Notes: generated from the sequence alone by a model not told the origin. A stretch of 64,000 nucleotides of DNA from Octopus vulgaris (GCA_951406725.2 OX597817.1:26598001-26662000), one strand, 5' to 3'. Shown: positions 26,281 to 40,399, counted from the stretch's first letter. Made by a program: numbers and translations.

Positions 26281-26620
26281 CATTATCATCATCATCATCA
26301 TCATCATTATCATCATCATCATCATCATCGTTTAACGTCTGTCTTCCATGCCGGCATAGGTTGGACAGTTTGATAGGGGAATAGCAAGCCATAGGGCTGC
26401 ACCAAGATCTATTGTCCGTTTTAGCATAGTTTTTATGGCGGGATGCCTTTCCTAATGCCAACTACTTTACAGAATGTACTGGGTGCTTTTTATATGGTGC
26501 CAGTACTGGCAAGATCTGTTTGTTATGGTCTTCATGGCTGGATGCTCTTCTTAAAGTCAGTTACTTCACAGAGTGGAGTGGATGTTTTTCCCATGGCACC
26601 AGCACCTATCCAACATATGC
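26177..26620 (-). mobile_element. Diverged family B copy with expanded (GAT)n tail
   Basis: About 150 bp of (CAT)n at 26177-26330 then cgtttaacgtctg...ggatgcctttcctaatgcc. Confidence 0.75.
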
Positions 26621-26875
26621 TTTGAGAGATATTTACTTGCCATTTCCAGCAGTCCAAGCAACTGCATTTTCCTCAATGATATAGATATATATTTGCTAAC
26701 TCTGTCTCCATGAGAAACTGCATGTAATGCAACAGCTTTCAGTATCCATCAACATGAAAAACCAATCTATCTCATTGTTGCCACTGAAGATACATTCTGT
26801 TATTGAATTTCCAGCTTCTGTCCATTAATAACTCAGAAAGACCACTCTGCCCCTAGTTTGCTTTTTATACAATAC

Positions 26876-27104
26876 CTATTTCTTTACTACCCACAAGGGG
26901 TTAAACACAGAGAGGACAAACATGGACAGACAAACGGATTAAGTCAATTATATCGACCCCAGTGCGTAAATGGTACTTATTTAATCGACCCCGAAAGGAT
27001 GAAAGGCAAAGTCAACCTCGGCGGAATTTGAACTCAGAACATAGCAACAGACAAAATACTGCTTAGCATTTTGCCCGGCGTGCTAACGTTTCTGCCAGCT
27101 CGCC
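26876..27104 (-). mobile_element. SINE family C, full length with TSD
   Basis: Direct repeat gctttttatacaatac at 26860-26875 and 27105-27120. Confidence 0.93.
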
Positions 27105-27681
27105 GCTTTTTATACAATACTTTGATACACAATCCCTGTTTGCCCATCATTCATTATTACTGTTTTGCATACTGTCATCCTGGGTCACCTGAATCTGGCT
27201 AAAATTACACTGAAGTGCCACAACACAAAACCAGAAAAGAAATCAAATCATACCATACCGGATACTGTACTACATAGTATATCAGTAAATGACATTGTTA
27301 AACTCGAATCATGCAGATTACAAATTACTGACACCTAAAATCTGTTATTTCAGCACATGGAACACATGTCCAATCAACTACTATCGCTAATTTGCCAAAT
27401 TATCCACATGATATAAATTGACCAATAAAGTGTCAACTACAAACCATTTTGAAATTCTTTTTACACTTGCTCCATTCTGAGTAAGTATATCTGAGAATAG
27501 AGTTGTGTAGCTATGCCTATGAGACTTTAAGTATTATAGGGATGAGTCAGCCTTTCATTAAAAACCTACAACTCCAACTAAATGTGTTGAGTGATATTTC
27601 ATTTGTTTGCCTACTTGTGTATACATACATATAGACGTATTTATATAAATATATACATATAAACATATATATATATAAATA

Positions 27682-28109
27682 GGCGTAGGAGTGACTATGT
27701 GGTAAGTAGCATAGGCATAGAAGTGACTGTGGTAAGTAGCTTGCTTACCAACCACATGGTTCTGGGTTCAGTCCAACCGCATGGCACCTTGGGCAAGTGT
27801 CTTCTACTATAGCCTCGGGCCAACCAAAGCCTTGTGAGTGGATTTGGTAGATGGAAACTGAATGAAGCCTGCCATATATATGTATATATGTATGTGTGTG
27901 TATATGTTTGTGTGCCTGTGTTTGTCCCTCCAACATTGCTTGACAACTGATGCTGGTGTGTTTACGTCCTTGTAACTTAGCGGTTCGGCAAAAGAGACCG
28001 ATAGAATAAGTACTAGGTTTACAAACAATAAGTCCTGGAGTCGATTTGCTTGACTAAAGGTGGCGCTCCAGCATGGCCACAGTTACATGATTGAAACAAG
28101 TAAAAGAGA
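27682..28109 (+). mobile_element. SINE family A with duplicated head
   Basis: Head motif occurs twice (27682 and about 27714) before the normal body. Confidence 0.9.
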
Positions 28110-28466
28110 AAAAAATATATACACATATATGTGTGTGTGTGTATACATATATTTATATATACATATATATATCTGGGAATAGAGTTGTGTAGTTATGCCT
28201 ATATTTATATATATGTATGCATTCAGGTATATATGTGTGTATCTGAATGTGAAGTTGATGTAGATAGCTGGCTAGCTAGGTTAAGTTGTACATAAAAAAC
28301 ATACATATATAGAAAAACATAAAAATTTATTCACATATACTCAATTATACACCAAAATTCATTAATGAATATGTATTTATAACTGGGATTGTTTTTTGTT
28401 TCATAGTTCTAACAGTAATAAGTCACCTTAGATTCTTTTCATCTATAATGTTCTGTAATCTCTTAC

Positions 28467-28536
28467 CAGTATGCAATTCTTCAATTATAGAAATTAATAA
28501 TGCTATATTCATTATCTTAGCACTTCTCCCAGCTTC
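28467..28536 (-). other. Exon-like open segment
   Basis: Acceptor tttacattttccag, donor TG|GTAAGA; open frame EAGRSAKIMNIALLISIIEELHT. Confidence 0.35.
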
Positions 28537-29107
28537 CTGGAAAATGTAAATGACCTCATTGCATAAAAGCACTAGCAAAAGTGTATTGTTTAATTAATTT
28601 TTGCTGTATGAATTGCAGAAAAACCTTATGTAGGTAGCTAGGGTTAGTGACTTATTTTTTTTTCATTTTCCTATGAATAACATTAAGTCTATTAATTCAA
28701 TTAAAATTGATGGCTTACATACTGTGCTATTACTTAAATAATTTCTTTTAAATATATTTATCAGCATTGATGTTTTTGTTTGTTCTTTTAATTGTATAAA
28801 TAACAACAACGTTTGCAATCTAAACTAAGAGTAAGAAATTGCAGTGATAAGAATATATATTGAAAGTTATACAGTAATGTCTTTAAAAACAAAATATATA
28901 AATAAACTGTAAAAATAAAAGAAATCTAACAAGCAGTATCTTGGTTTGTTATTTCGTGTATTTCATTAAAAACCTGACATACATTTTTCTTCGTTGTTTG
29001 CATTTACCTAATTCATAAAACATTTTATATATTAATTTGGTTGAATTTTAAAACTAATTAAAAATAAATCATGTTTTATTCTCTAAATGTTGTTGTTGTC
29101 ATTATTC

Positions 29108-29319
29108 ATCATCATCATCATTGTTTAGCGTCCGCTTTCCATGCTAGCATGGGTTGGACGGTTCAACTGGGGTCTGTGAAGCCAGAAGGCTGCATCAGGC
29201 CCAGTCTGATCTGGCAGTGTTTCTACGGCTGGATGCCCTTCCTAACGCCAACCACTCCGTGAGTGTAGTGGGTGCTTTTTACGTGCCACCCGCACAGGTG
29301 CCAGACGGAGCTGGCAAAC
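29108..29319 (-). mobile_element. Family B copy
   Basis: Conserved block plus (CAT)n. Confidence 0.88.
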
Positions 29320-29555
29320 TAACAGCTTAATTTAATGAAAACTATCAGCTTAATTTGCTAGATATAATGGAAAGTGTCAGCTGTCCACAGCCAGCAGACT
29401 AAGGTGACACTTGTTTACTGGTCATACTTCAAGAACCCTGCAAAAAAATTCTTGCAATTCCAAGCAATGCTGATTTTTGTAGGCGTTCTATCTTTACATT
29501 TGTATCAATCTTTTTGAACCATGTTGGCAGTTGAGTGCTAATACTCCTATGATTA

Positions 29556-29611
<56 letters not shown>

Positions 29612-29613
<2 letters not shown>

Positions 29614-29770
29614 GGAGTGGTTGGCGTTAGGAAGGGCATCCAGCCGTAGAAACATTGCCAGATCAGACTGGTCCTGGTGCAGACTTCTGGCTTCCAAGAC
29701 CCCAGTTGAACCGTCCAACCCATGCTAGCATGGAAAGCGGACGCTAAACGATGATGATGATGATGATGAT
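29612..29770 (+). mobile_element. Family B copy next to (TAT)n
   Basis: Conserved block plus (GAT)n; a partial family C SINE follows at 29780-29900. Confidence 0.88.
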
Positions 29771-30313
29771 TATTATTTAAGGCAGCAAGCTGAGAGAATT
29801 GTTAGCACACCAGATGAAATGTTTAGCAGCTTTTCATCTGTTTGCACATTCTGAGTTCAAATTCTGCCGAGGTTGACTTTGCCTTTCATCCTTTCAGGGA
29901 TGTGTGTGCGTGTGTGTGTGTGTGTGATAATAAGTATCACATAGTAGAATTAAGTGCAACTTTCTCTTTCTATGTCTTTTGTTAAGTTGGAGTTTCTCTA
30001 TTTTCATCAGGATTTTTCCAATTTCTTTTTTTGTTTGTACCAAGCAATTGGCGAAAGCATTTAAAAAAAATTAAATTCATTGAGCCAAACAAAATCGAAA
30101 ATATTAATTCTATTTTTTCCCTTTACTTTTTACTTTCCTACAATATAATTAATTACCATATCCTATATACTCTGTCCTTGCATATTAGGTGTGTATTTCA
30201 GAAATATTTTCACCTTTTAAACAAAAACTGTCTAATACATTCATATATGATTTTCAATCGAAACACTCTGGATCATTTTGGAGATTTATTGTTTGAATAA
30301 TAAGTTTTAAAAT

Positions 30314-30699
30314 ATGGATAATCGCATCAGGGATGCAGCATGGGAGCATCAGCATAGAAAGAGAGAAGGGTTGTATGAGGAACAGTGGAAGGAAATAAGG
30401 AATCAAAATTATCTGAGGATGAGACAGAGAAAAAATGAAATAAGCCAAGAGAAGAGGGAACGTATCCTATGGCATAGGAGGGAAAGAAATCAGCAAAGGA
30501 TAGAACAAATGAACCAGGACCAAAGAGAAGTGTATTTTCAAAATAAGAGAGATAGAGGAGATCAACAGAATTGAGAACACATGAGTCATGAGCAAAGGCA
30601 GCTGTACTTAGAAAATTGGAAAAAACAAAGCTGTATCTCACTTGGCATACCAGCAAACTACAAAATCACACCAGCCAGCACCACTGCCACTACTAAGCC

Positions 30700-30700
<1 letters not shown>
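30314..30700 (+). pseudogene. E/R/Q-rich coding remnant, possibly Helitron RepHel N-terminal repeats
   Basis: ORFs 30314-30574 and 30581 onward are in the same frame across one TGA; repeats ISQEKRERIL / MNQDQREVYF / [10 protein letters not shown]. Confidence 0.4.
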
Positions 30701-30749
<49 letters not shown>

Positions 30750-30784
30750 TCATCATCATCATATATAATATATATATATATATG

Positions 30785-30862
<78 letters not shown>

Positions 30863-30864
<2 letters not shown>

Positions 30865-32573
30865 CTTGCGTCGGAAATTAATTAGCACTTCTCAAATTTC
30901 TACATTTTCTTACATTTTCTTAATTTAATTAACTTATTATCAGAAACAAACTCGTTTTTAATCAAAAATTTATTAAAACATATCCCAGCACACCACATAA
31001 TTGTTATTAATCGTGAAATTTAGTCAATATCTTGTTGCTCCTCCTTTGGCAGCAATGACAGCTGCTACACGGGTCGGCATGCTGTCTATGAGTGCCTGCA
31101 AGTACTGTGCAGGGATGGCCCTCCATGCAGCAAGAAGTGCCCCAAACAGCTCGTGCCGGTTCCTGTATTGCTGCACATTCAAATCCCTACCCAATCGACT
31201 CCAGAGGTTCTCAATAGGGTTCAGGTCAGGTGACTGGCCAGGCCAGTCCATGACCGTCACCCCATGGTCCTTGAAGAAACCTATTGTGAGCTTGGCTGTG
31301 TGGGAAGGCGCGTTGTCCTGCTGGAGCACGTACTCCTCGCCACCAAAGAAGTATCCCATACTATCTCAACGTACTTTGCTGCGTTGATGTTGCCTTCGAC
31401 GGCATAGAGCCGCCCAACACCACTGTAGCTGAACGCCCCTCACACCATCAGACCACCCCCACCATGCTTCATGGTGGGAGCAATGCAGTCTTTGTTGAAG
31501 CGCTCACCCCTGCGGCGTCGCACATGGACAGGCTTGTCACTGACGAGACTGAATCGCGACTCGTCAGTGAACATCACTGTCCGCCACTGCTGCACGATCC
31601 ATATCTTGTGGGCACGGGCCCAGAGCAGCCGCCTCTTCCGGTTTTGGGCTGTAAGGAGCGGCTTACGGGCGGCCCTACAGGATTTTAGACCAGCTTCCAG
31701 TAATCTGGTCTTGACGGTGGTTGTAGACAACTGCTTCCCTGTCATGTTTTGCATCTCCTCCGCCAGTTGCCGGCTCGTTGCCCTTCGGTTGTACAGTGAC
31801 TTTCGGATCAGCATCCGGTCCTCCCGCTGGGTCATCAGCCTCTTCCGTCCCCTACCCTTTTTGACACCTGCTGATCCGGTTTCCTCGTATTTCTTAAATA
31901 AGCACTGAATTGTGCGCCTGGCTACACCAAGTTTTCTGGCTATTGCAGCCTCCGACAGCTTCCCACGCCACGAGAGAGCCTCGTACCGTCTCTCCAAGGT
32001 CATGCGAGGTCTTGGGCCCATCTAGAAATGAACGATAAAAACCAGTTATTTTCATTAAAACTATTCATTTGAATAATGTTATGCTATAACAAAACTGCTA
32101 TGAGTTATTATTCATGAAACAAAAAAGAAAGAAAGCAGAATTTCTCACCTTATTTGATGTATAACAGAAAGTTTTGTGAACCGGAAGTGACGTCACCAAG
32201 CAGAGTGTAGGAGAATTTGCGAGGAAAAAAAATCTTTCAAATGCACAAATCAATTAACCTACGAGCTGTTCAAAACATCTTACACGATGAGAAAACTTAG
32301 TACGGTGTGATTTCGGTCCTTGCGAGGCGCTACCTATATCTATTAAACAAAGGAAGATTTGTCTGCATCCGCACTCCAAGTTGTTGTTGCACTGCTATGT
32401 CAACATCATTAAGCTGTAGACTCTCAAACTGCTCTGCAAACAAAGTTACGTCATCGTTCTGCGCAACAGTGAACTCGCAACAAAGCAATAGTTTGAGATA
32501 TGGCCACTAGGTGACAGCAAATACCTTGAGTGAAGAGCAAATCAAGGGTGCTAATTAATTTCTGACGGTAGTG
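30863..32573 (-). mobile_element. Tc1 (DD34E) DNA transposon, near full length
   Basis: 26-bp TIRs ending cgtc(a/g)gaaattaattagcac with 4 mismatches; (TA)n on both sides; transposase inside. Confidence 0.95.
31024..32021 (-). pseudogene. Tc1 transposase, disrupted
   Basis: HTH region, GRGRKR, FTDESRF, QQDNAPSH, WPGQSPDLNPIENLW with 34 residues between D and E; TGA where VWG is expected (31440-31442) and a frameshifting deletion near 31360. Confidence 0.93.
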
Positions 32574-33100
<527 letters not shown>

Positions 33101-33477
33101 CACATACATACATATGTATATATGTATATATTTATGTGTGTGTTTGTGTGTCTGTAACTTAGCTGTTCAATAGGAGAGACTGACAGAATAAGCAACAGGC
33201 TTACAGGGAATAAGTCCATGAGTTAATTTCTTCAATGAAAGGGTGACACTCAAGTGTGGCCACCATCAAATTACTGAAACAAGCAAAAGAATAAAAGAAT
33301 ACAAGAAAAACGTTCCATACCACTAAACCAAGAGTGTTTTCTGAATATGTACGATATATATTTCAAGGCTGAATAGTAATTTTGTTTACGTTTATGTAAC
33401 TGAGATATTTTGGTTGAATTATATAGTCATCTGTTTTACCCTTCTTTGTATATTCTGTAACAGTCGCAATATACTTT

Positions 33478-33689
33478 TCTACTATAGGCACAAGTCCTGA
33501 TATTTTTGAGGAGAGGGGGCCAGTCAATTAGATCGACTTCAGTATGCAACTGGTACTTAATTTATTGACCCCCAAAAGGATGAAAGGCAAAGTCGACTTT
33601 AGCAGAATTTGAACTCAGAATGTAAAGACAGACAAAACATCGCTAAGCATTTTGCCTGGCATGCTAACGTTTCTGCCAGCTCACTACCT
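33478..33689 (-). mobile_element. SINE family C
   Basis: Core and head match family C. Confidence 0.85.
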
Positions 33690-33801
33690 TTAACTGTCAC
33701 AATATAGAAACATTTCTCATGGCAACAGCTCACAATTTACAGACACTTACATTTTTTATATTTTCCGTGAATTTTTCTCAGGTCCAGCTAGTTATTATTA
33801 A

Positions 33802-33834
<33 letters not shown>

Positions 33835-33838
<4 letters not shown>

Positions 33839-34150
33839 TAGTTTTATTTTTATATCGTGCTTTCACTTCACTACCGAGCGCAGCTCTGTGTGCCTTAGGT
33901 ATGTGCTGTGATTTGTTGTGATGCTCTGATGGTTATTGTATGGAAAGTGTTCTGCGTAGGATGTGTGCAGTGCCTAGTAGTGCAATTCTCTGTATGTTAT
34001 ATGTGTTTGTAAGTCCTGGTGTTTTTCTTATGTATTTGTCTGAATATTTTTTTTATCATGCCTAATGCACCTACTATGATAGGAATTGTTTCTGTTTTTA
34101 GATTCCACATTCTGGTTACCTCTATTTCCAGGTCTTTGAATTTTGAAAGT
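33835..34150 (-). mobile_element. R4/Dong LINE 3' end, second copy
   Basis: Nearly identical to 16786-17100; (TAT)n on both sides. Confidence 0.88.
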
Positions 34151-34178
34151 TTCTTCTTCTTATTATTATTATTATTAC

Positions 34179-34226
<48 letters not shown>

Positions 34227-35023
34227 CATCATCATCATCATTATTATTATTATTATTTATCTATTTATTTATTTGTTTGTTTATTTATATATTTGTTTGT
34301 TTGTTTATTATTATCCTTATAATATGAGGAAGCTAGAAATTATTTTAAAAGTAATAATATAAGAAAAATTTTCATCGTCATGGATTATATCAAAATCAGA
34401 TTTTGTCGAATTATAGATAAGTTACATCTGGGTAATTTTGGCAAAAATTCACATACAGTGCATCAATCAGCTTCGCAGAAGAAATTGGCCTCTGATTTTC
34501 AGGCAATTACGAAGAAGCTGTTTAAGTTTAATGCTAAGTCTGACATCAAAGTATAAATTATAGAAATACAACAAATTTAATGAGAGATAATTTTCTTACC
34601 AATGAAACACTTGATCTATCTTTCACACTATGATTGCCACCATCAACCTCTTTTCAAACAATTATGGCTTTTAAAGTATATTACTGAGTATTTCAAAAGA
34701 CAGGAAAATGTAAACTTTATTTCAATTGAGTAAACAACTTTCAGTTTTCTGTGATATTTATAATCCAATTTGTTGGTTATTTCACTTGTGGAAAGAACAA
34801 ATATTTTAAATATGACCAATGAGAATATAAACTTTATATTACTCTGATTGTTAACCATAGTTTTAGGTTTTCGTATAAGCAATTATGCATATACATGCAG
34901 TCATACATCCATTCATATATGCATAAAAATCAATACACATAACAAAAAAGCCTTGTTTCTTTGTTTTGATCAGTCTGCAAAGAAAATCCATAAACCCCCA
35001 AGAAAATTACACACACACATGCA

Positions 35024-35063
<40 letters not shown>

Positions 35064-35102
35064 TACACACACTCACAAACACATACATACTCTCTCTCTC
35101 TC

Positions 35103-35511
35103 TCTTACTCTTTTACTTGCTTCAGTCATGTGACTGTGGCCATGCTGGAGCACCACCATTAGTCGAGCAAATCGACCCCAGGACTTATTCTTTGTAAGCC
35201 TAGTACTTATTCTATCAGTCACTTTTTGCCAAACTGCTAAGTTAAAGGGATGTAAACACACTAGCATCGGTTGTCAAGCGATGTTGGGGTGGGGGTGGGG
35301 ATGGGGGACAAACACAGACACACAAACATATACTCATACATACATATATATGCATATATACGACGGGCTTCTTTCAGTTTCTGTCTACCAAATCCACTCA
35401 CAGCCTGAAGCTATAGTAGAAGACACTTGCTCAAGGTGCCATGCAGTGGGACTGAACCTGGAGCCATGTGGTTTGTAAGCAAGCTACTTACCACACAGCC
35501 ACTCCTACGCC
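35103..35511 (-). mobile_element. SINE family A
   Basis: Head, body and tail match. Confidence 0.9.
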
Positions 35512-35554
35512 TATACATACATAAATACATGTATATAAATATATATATATATAT

Positions 35555-35853
35555 CCGACTCGTGGCCGATGCCAGCACCGCCTCGACTGGCTTCCGTGCC
35601 GGTGGCACATAAAATACACCAATCCGACCGTGGCCGTTGCCAGCCTCGCCTGGCACCTGTGCAGGTGGCACGTAAAAAGCACCCACTACACTCACGGAGT
35701 GGTTGGCGTTAGGAAGGGCATCCAGCTGTAGAAACATTGCCAGATTTGACTGGAGCCTGGTGCAGCCTTCTGGCTTCCCAGAACCTCGGTCGAACCGTCC
35801 AACCCATGCTAGCATGGAGAACGGACGTTAAACGATGATGATGATGATGATGA
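35555..35853 (+). mobile_element. Family B copy
   Basis: Tandem units, conserved block, (GAT)n. Confidence 0.9.
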
Positions 35854-35869
35854 TATGTTGACCACTTCA

Positions 35870-36040
35870 CCAATGTAACTACACATGGTCTGTTGGCAAT
35901 TTCTTCTTCTCCTTCTTTGGACTTTTTCCCTTTTCTTCTTTCTGATGAAGAACTATGCTCAAAACGTTAAACTCTCTCCTTTCACCAAACATCAAACTAA
36001 TGTATTTCTTGTGCACATCCTCATGTTCATTGTTTCTCTC
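35870..36040 (+). mobile_element. Penelope-like pLTR remnant with hammerhead-like core
   Basis: tttCTGATGAagaactatgctcAAAAcgttaaa at 35939-35971. Confidence 0.55.
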
Positions 36041-37162
36041 CTTATATCATCATCATCTCTACTCATCTGCCAGTCAATTTACATCATCATCTCTACTCAT
36101 CTCTACTCATCTGCCAGTCAATTTACAAAGTGCACTGGGTACATTTTATCCTTGCACTGGCATTAGTGAGGCTAGATCCATAAAAATAGAGATTCTTCAC
36201 TGTTCTATAGTTAGTGAGTAAAGAATCCATATGTCTGAGTGATGATTCTGGTGTGTAATAATAGAAATAGTGTTACAATGTTGTTTAATGTCTGAATGTG
36301 TCTGTGGGGTAGGATCTGCATCCTTGTTTATGCATGTAAGACTAAATAATAAGATACATTACCTCTCTTTATACAAAGCATTATAAATCTTGAATATTCA
36401 ATAAATAGTAATCAATAATAAGAATACTGGATTGATGCAAGTATTAGGGTTGATATGATTGATCGAAAAGTCTTGAAAACAGTGTCCCAGCACAACTACA
36501 ATCAAAAGACTGAAACCAATAAAATAAAGAATTTAAATGTTTGAGTGTCAGTCTTAATGAAGTCGAACTTGTAGTGAAATAGTCTATGACATAGGTTTCA
36601 CTTCTGATTATACGATTTCATTTCATGTTTCCAAAATATCTGTAAATTCTGACTTGAAAATCAATAGCGAGAATAAGAATGGTCTTCTCAAATATGATTT
36701 ACCCTGTAATGTTACTTGAAGATGAAATCTTTGTTAGTAACCTAATGGCCTATTAAGTTGACATTTTCACATCATACATATTAATAACAATCTCTACCCT
36801 CCTATATATATATATCCGTCACATGTATGCTCCTTCTTTGTTCACACACATCACACATCACACAAACAAATCAATGTGTGAGCGTGTATTTGTGTATATA
36901 GGTTTCATGCAGAAATGGTGTTATCTTCTTTCATGTAGTCTTCCAAGGGAACACCAAAAAAATGCCTAAATCAATTAAGGTAAATACCAGATTATATTAG
37001 AGAAATCTTTACACTTCTAACTCAGCATCAATTCACCTGTTCTCAAAATTTTTTTTGCAAATTCTGCAATGTAAAGATATCAATCTAATTATCTTTCTTT
37101 GTATATATATTACTACCTTTTTCTTTCTCTCTCTCTCTCTCTCATTATATGTACACACACAC

Positions 37163-37348
37163 ATCATCATCATCATCATCATCATCATTTAACATCCGCT
37201 GTCCATGCTGGCATGGGTTGGACGGTTTGGAAAGGATTAATATGCTGAGGGGCTGCACCAGATTCCAGTCTGATTTGGCATGGTTTCTACAGCTGGATGC
37301 CCTTCCTAATGCCAATCGCTCCGAGAGCATAATGGGTGCTTTTACCTG
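37163..37348 (-). mobile_element. Family B copy
   Basis: (CAT)n plus conserved block; more diverged copies at about 39000-39230, 40780-41005, 42656-42870, 43200-43350, 62713-62814. Confidence 0.8.
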
Positions 37349-37479
37349 TGTGATGTATAATGTGTGTGAACAAAGAAAGAGCATGCATTCGATGAATAGA
37401 TATAGGAGCATAGAGATTCTTATTAATATGTATGATGTGAAAATGTCAACTTAATAGGCGATTATGTTACTTATGTGCC

Positions 37480-38530
37480 AATATCTGTCACAATTACGAT
37501 TTCACCCAGCTTCATAGCTCTTCTCAAGCACAGCATATTGCCAACCATCTCGGTCATTTGTCAATGCCTCATTGAGGCCCAGCACTCAAAAGGTACTTTT
37601 TACATGCCACCAGCTATGGATGCCAGCTATGTGACACCAATGACGGCAACAACTATGATTTCACTTGTCTTGACAGGGCTTTGCAAATGCAGCATATCAC
37701 CAAATGTCTTGCTCACTAGTCATTGCTCCGTGAGACCCAGTGTTCAAAGATCATGCTTCACTACCACATCCTATGTCTTCCTGGGTGTCCCTCTTTCACA
37801 GCTTCCTTCCACTGGTAAAGATCAGCATTTCTTCACACAGCTGTCAACATCCATATGCATTACATGATCATATCAACACAATTGTCTCTCTTGTACACCA
37901 CATCTTATGCCTCTTATGCCTAACTTTTTTCTCGAGACATTTACATTCTGTCATGCATGCACACTGACATTGCACATCCAGCAGAGCATATTAGCTTCAT
38001 TTCTTTCAAGCCTACACACATCCTCAGCCTTCACAGCCTATGTTTCACTGCTGTGTAGCATGGCTATTCCTATACAGGCATCATACTATCTACCTTTCAC
38101 TCTGTGTAAGAGACTCTTCATTACCAAAAGTGGTTGGAGCTCTCAGAACTTTGCCTAACCAATTCTTATTCTTGCATCTATGTTCTCAGAGCATCCACCT
38201 CCACTACTGACTTGGTCGCCTACCTAACAGAAGCTATCAACTACTTCTAGTTTTACCCCCTGGCATTTGATGTTATCTATTTTCTGTACATTTTTAGTGT
38301 TAACTGTACTAGTGCACATTCTACACCCAAAAACTAGTTTCCTTGTTAACCTTCCTCTGATATTCCTACACCTCTTATGTGTCGATAGTTTACACTGGGT
38401 ACATCTTAATGAATTTCTACCTATGCCTTTCCTACAGATTAAGCAGGGCCATCTACCTGAGGGGATTTGTGATTTGTCTACTTTCCTACTTACTAAGACT
38501 TTGGTTTTTGCTAGGTTAACTAAACTTTGC
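37480..38530 (-). mobile_element. RTE LINE 3' region, decayed
   Basis: Minus strand reads KTKVLV...LEVVDSFC*VGDQVSSGGGCSE...RIG*AKF...VEGSCERGTPRKT*DVVVKHDL. Confidence 0.82.
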
Positions 38531-38569
38531 TATATATATATATATAACTAGACCTTGTTATGATAGATC

Positions 38570-38735
38570 TTTAGCCACTACACACATTTTCTTCTCTCCT
38601 TGTTTTTTCTGTGTCCCTTTCTATAGGCTCGAAACATAAAAGACTTTTTCTATTCCTGAACGTTATACTAATACATCTGTTTGTTTTGTACACCACCTGT
38701 CTTCGTCTTTTGTTTTTTTTTTGTAAACTTTCCCT
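38570..38735 (+). mobile_element. Penelope-like pLTR remnant
   Basis: ccctttct...ggctcGAAACataaaag with the CTGANGA part missing; same architecture as 35870. Confidence 0.45.
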
Positions 38736-39488
38736 ATATATATATAATACACATATATTTATATACTTATAGATCTGTATATGTGGGTGTCTGGATATCA
38801 GTGTGTTTTTATGTGTGTTTTTATGACAGTCACTAAGAATAATGTTGTTTTTGTTACTTCTGTTACCAAGATGCCACTTACTTGGAAACGACAAAGTGTT
38901 AGTGACAATAAGAGCATCAAGTTGTATAGATATCTCAATTATGTTCATTTAAGACCAAGAAGCCACAGAAAAGTGGCTGCAGACAAACAAATATCATGAT
39001 CATCTTCGTTCTCCATGTTAGCACAAGTTGGATGGTTTGACAAGAGCTGCAAATCCAGGAAGCTGCACCAGGCTCCAGTTGTCTGTTTTGACATTGCTTC
39101 TATGGCTGGACACCCTACCTAGTGCTAACCACTTTACAGAGTGTACTGAGTGCTTCCTACATGGCACAGGGCCAGTGCTTAATTTGTGGCACCAGTCTCA
39201 GTGTTTATATGTGGCACCAACGCAGGCGGTTTATTTATTTTTTTTAGGGTATTTTCAAAAAGTAAATATTGATGTGAAAGACTGTGATTGTCTGTATATT
39301 ACTCCAACAAAGTTCATTTCTCTCCTTAAAATATCTTATGGAAATATAATTAAGTATACCCATGTCATCAAAATGCCAGCAGTTTTATTAATGATAAAGT
39401 ACAGTGCATCAAAACAATGGAAGAAATCATTGATAAATATCAGTAATTGAGTAAATATTTGTACATAAATGCCCAATTGAAACCTTTA

Positions 39489-39780
39489 GTGGAGGCACAT
39501 GGCCTAGTGGTTAGAGCAGCGGACTCGTGGTTGAGGGATCGTGGGTTCGAATCTCAGACCGGGTGATGTGTGTGTTTATGTGTGAAACACCTAAACTCCA
39601 CATGGCTCCGGCAGAAGGTAATGGCGAACATCTGCTGACTCTTTCGCCACAACTTTCTCTCACTCTTTCCTCCTGCATCTTGTGATGGACCAGCGTCCTG
39701 TCCAGGTGGGGAACCTATATGCCAAGGAAACCGGGAAACTGGCTCTTATGAGCCAGGCATGGCTCGAGAAGGAACAAACA
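39489..39780 (+). mobile_element. SINE family D
   Basis: tggcctagtggttagagcagcggactc A-box, gggttcgaatctc B-box. Confidence 0.88.
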
Positions 39781-40122
39781 TTCATTCATTTCAGTTGAAG
39801 CCTTACAACAATCAGATGTGGTTGCAACATCTTAATTAAGAATATCATCCATGGAATATACATATGAAACATTCACTTTTCCATGCTCACATTGACTAGA
39901 CAGGTTTTGTACAGTTAGCTGCCATTTCTGTTGCCAACCTTTACCTACTTAAAAGTAAGATAATATTTCACCATACCGAGACATGATTTCATGGAAGATA
40001 GGAAAAAAAAAGAACACCTATCACATGACAGCGGTACTCGCTTAAAACTACTGTCTGATGTCAGATAAGGAGACAGTAAGATAAACACACATACACACAC
40101 ACATACAAACACACATATATAC

Positions 40123-40272
40123 ATATTCAGTCGATTAGTGGTGTAACCACAATATTCTGGTGATTTCATGAGCTAGCTTTCTTTATTTCCATTGATTTCT
40201 GAATATGCAATTTCATTGTATGAAGCAGAGCAAACATATTTATGCAAACATGTAAGCATAATTTCTTCCATA
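40123..40272 (-). other. Exon-like segment with two TGA
   Basis: Acceptor taatttcag, 150 nt, WKKLCLHVCINMFALLHTMKLHIQKSMEIKKASS*NHQNIVVTPLID*I; donor weak. Confidence 0.22.
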
Positions 40273-40399
40273 CTGAAATTAATACATGAAGAAGGTTGGG
40301 AAACCGTCATAAACCTAAGGATGTCTCTTGTTTAAATAAATATATATTCGTCTCTCATACCTCCTGACTTTTATGGTTTATATATATATATACATTTAT

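Noticed and set aside
31440-31442. Tc1 TGA rescued to TGG by A-to-I editing to give an active transposase
   Set aside because: A frameshifting deletion near 31360 would still disrupt the catalytic domain.
36900-36966. Minus-strand FFGVPLEDYM, resembling the RhoGAP N-terminal FGVPL motif
   Set aside because: A stop follows about 10 codons later, no donor is evident and no other RhoGAP motifs were found.
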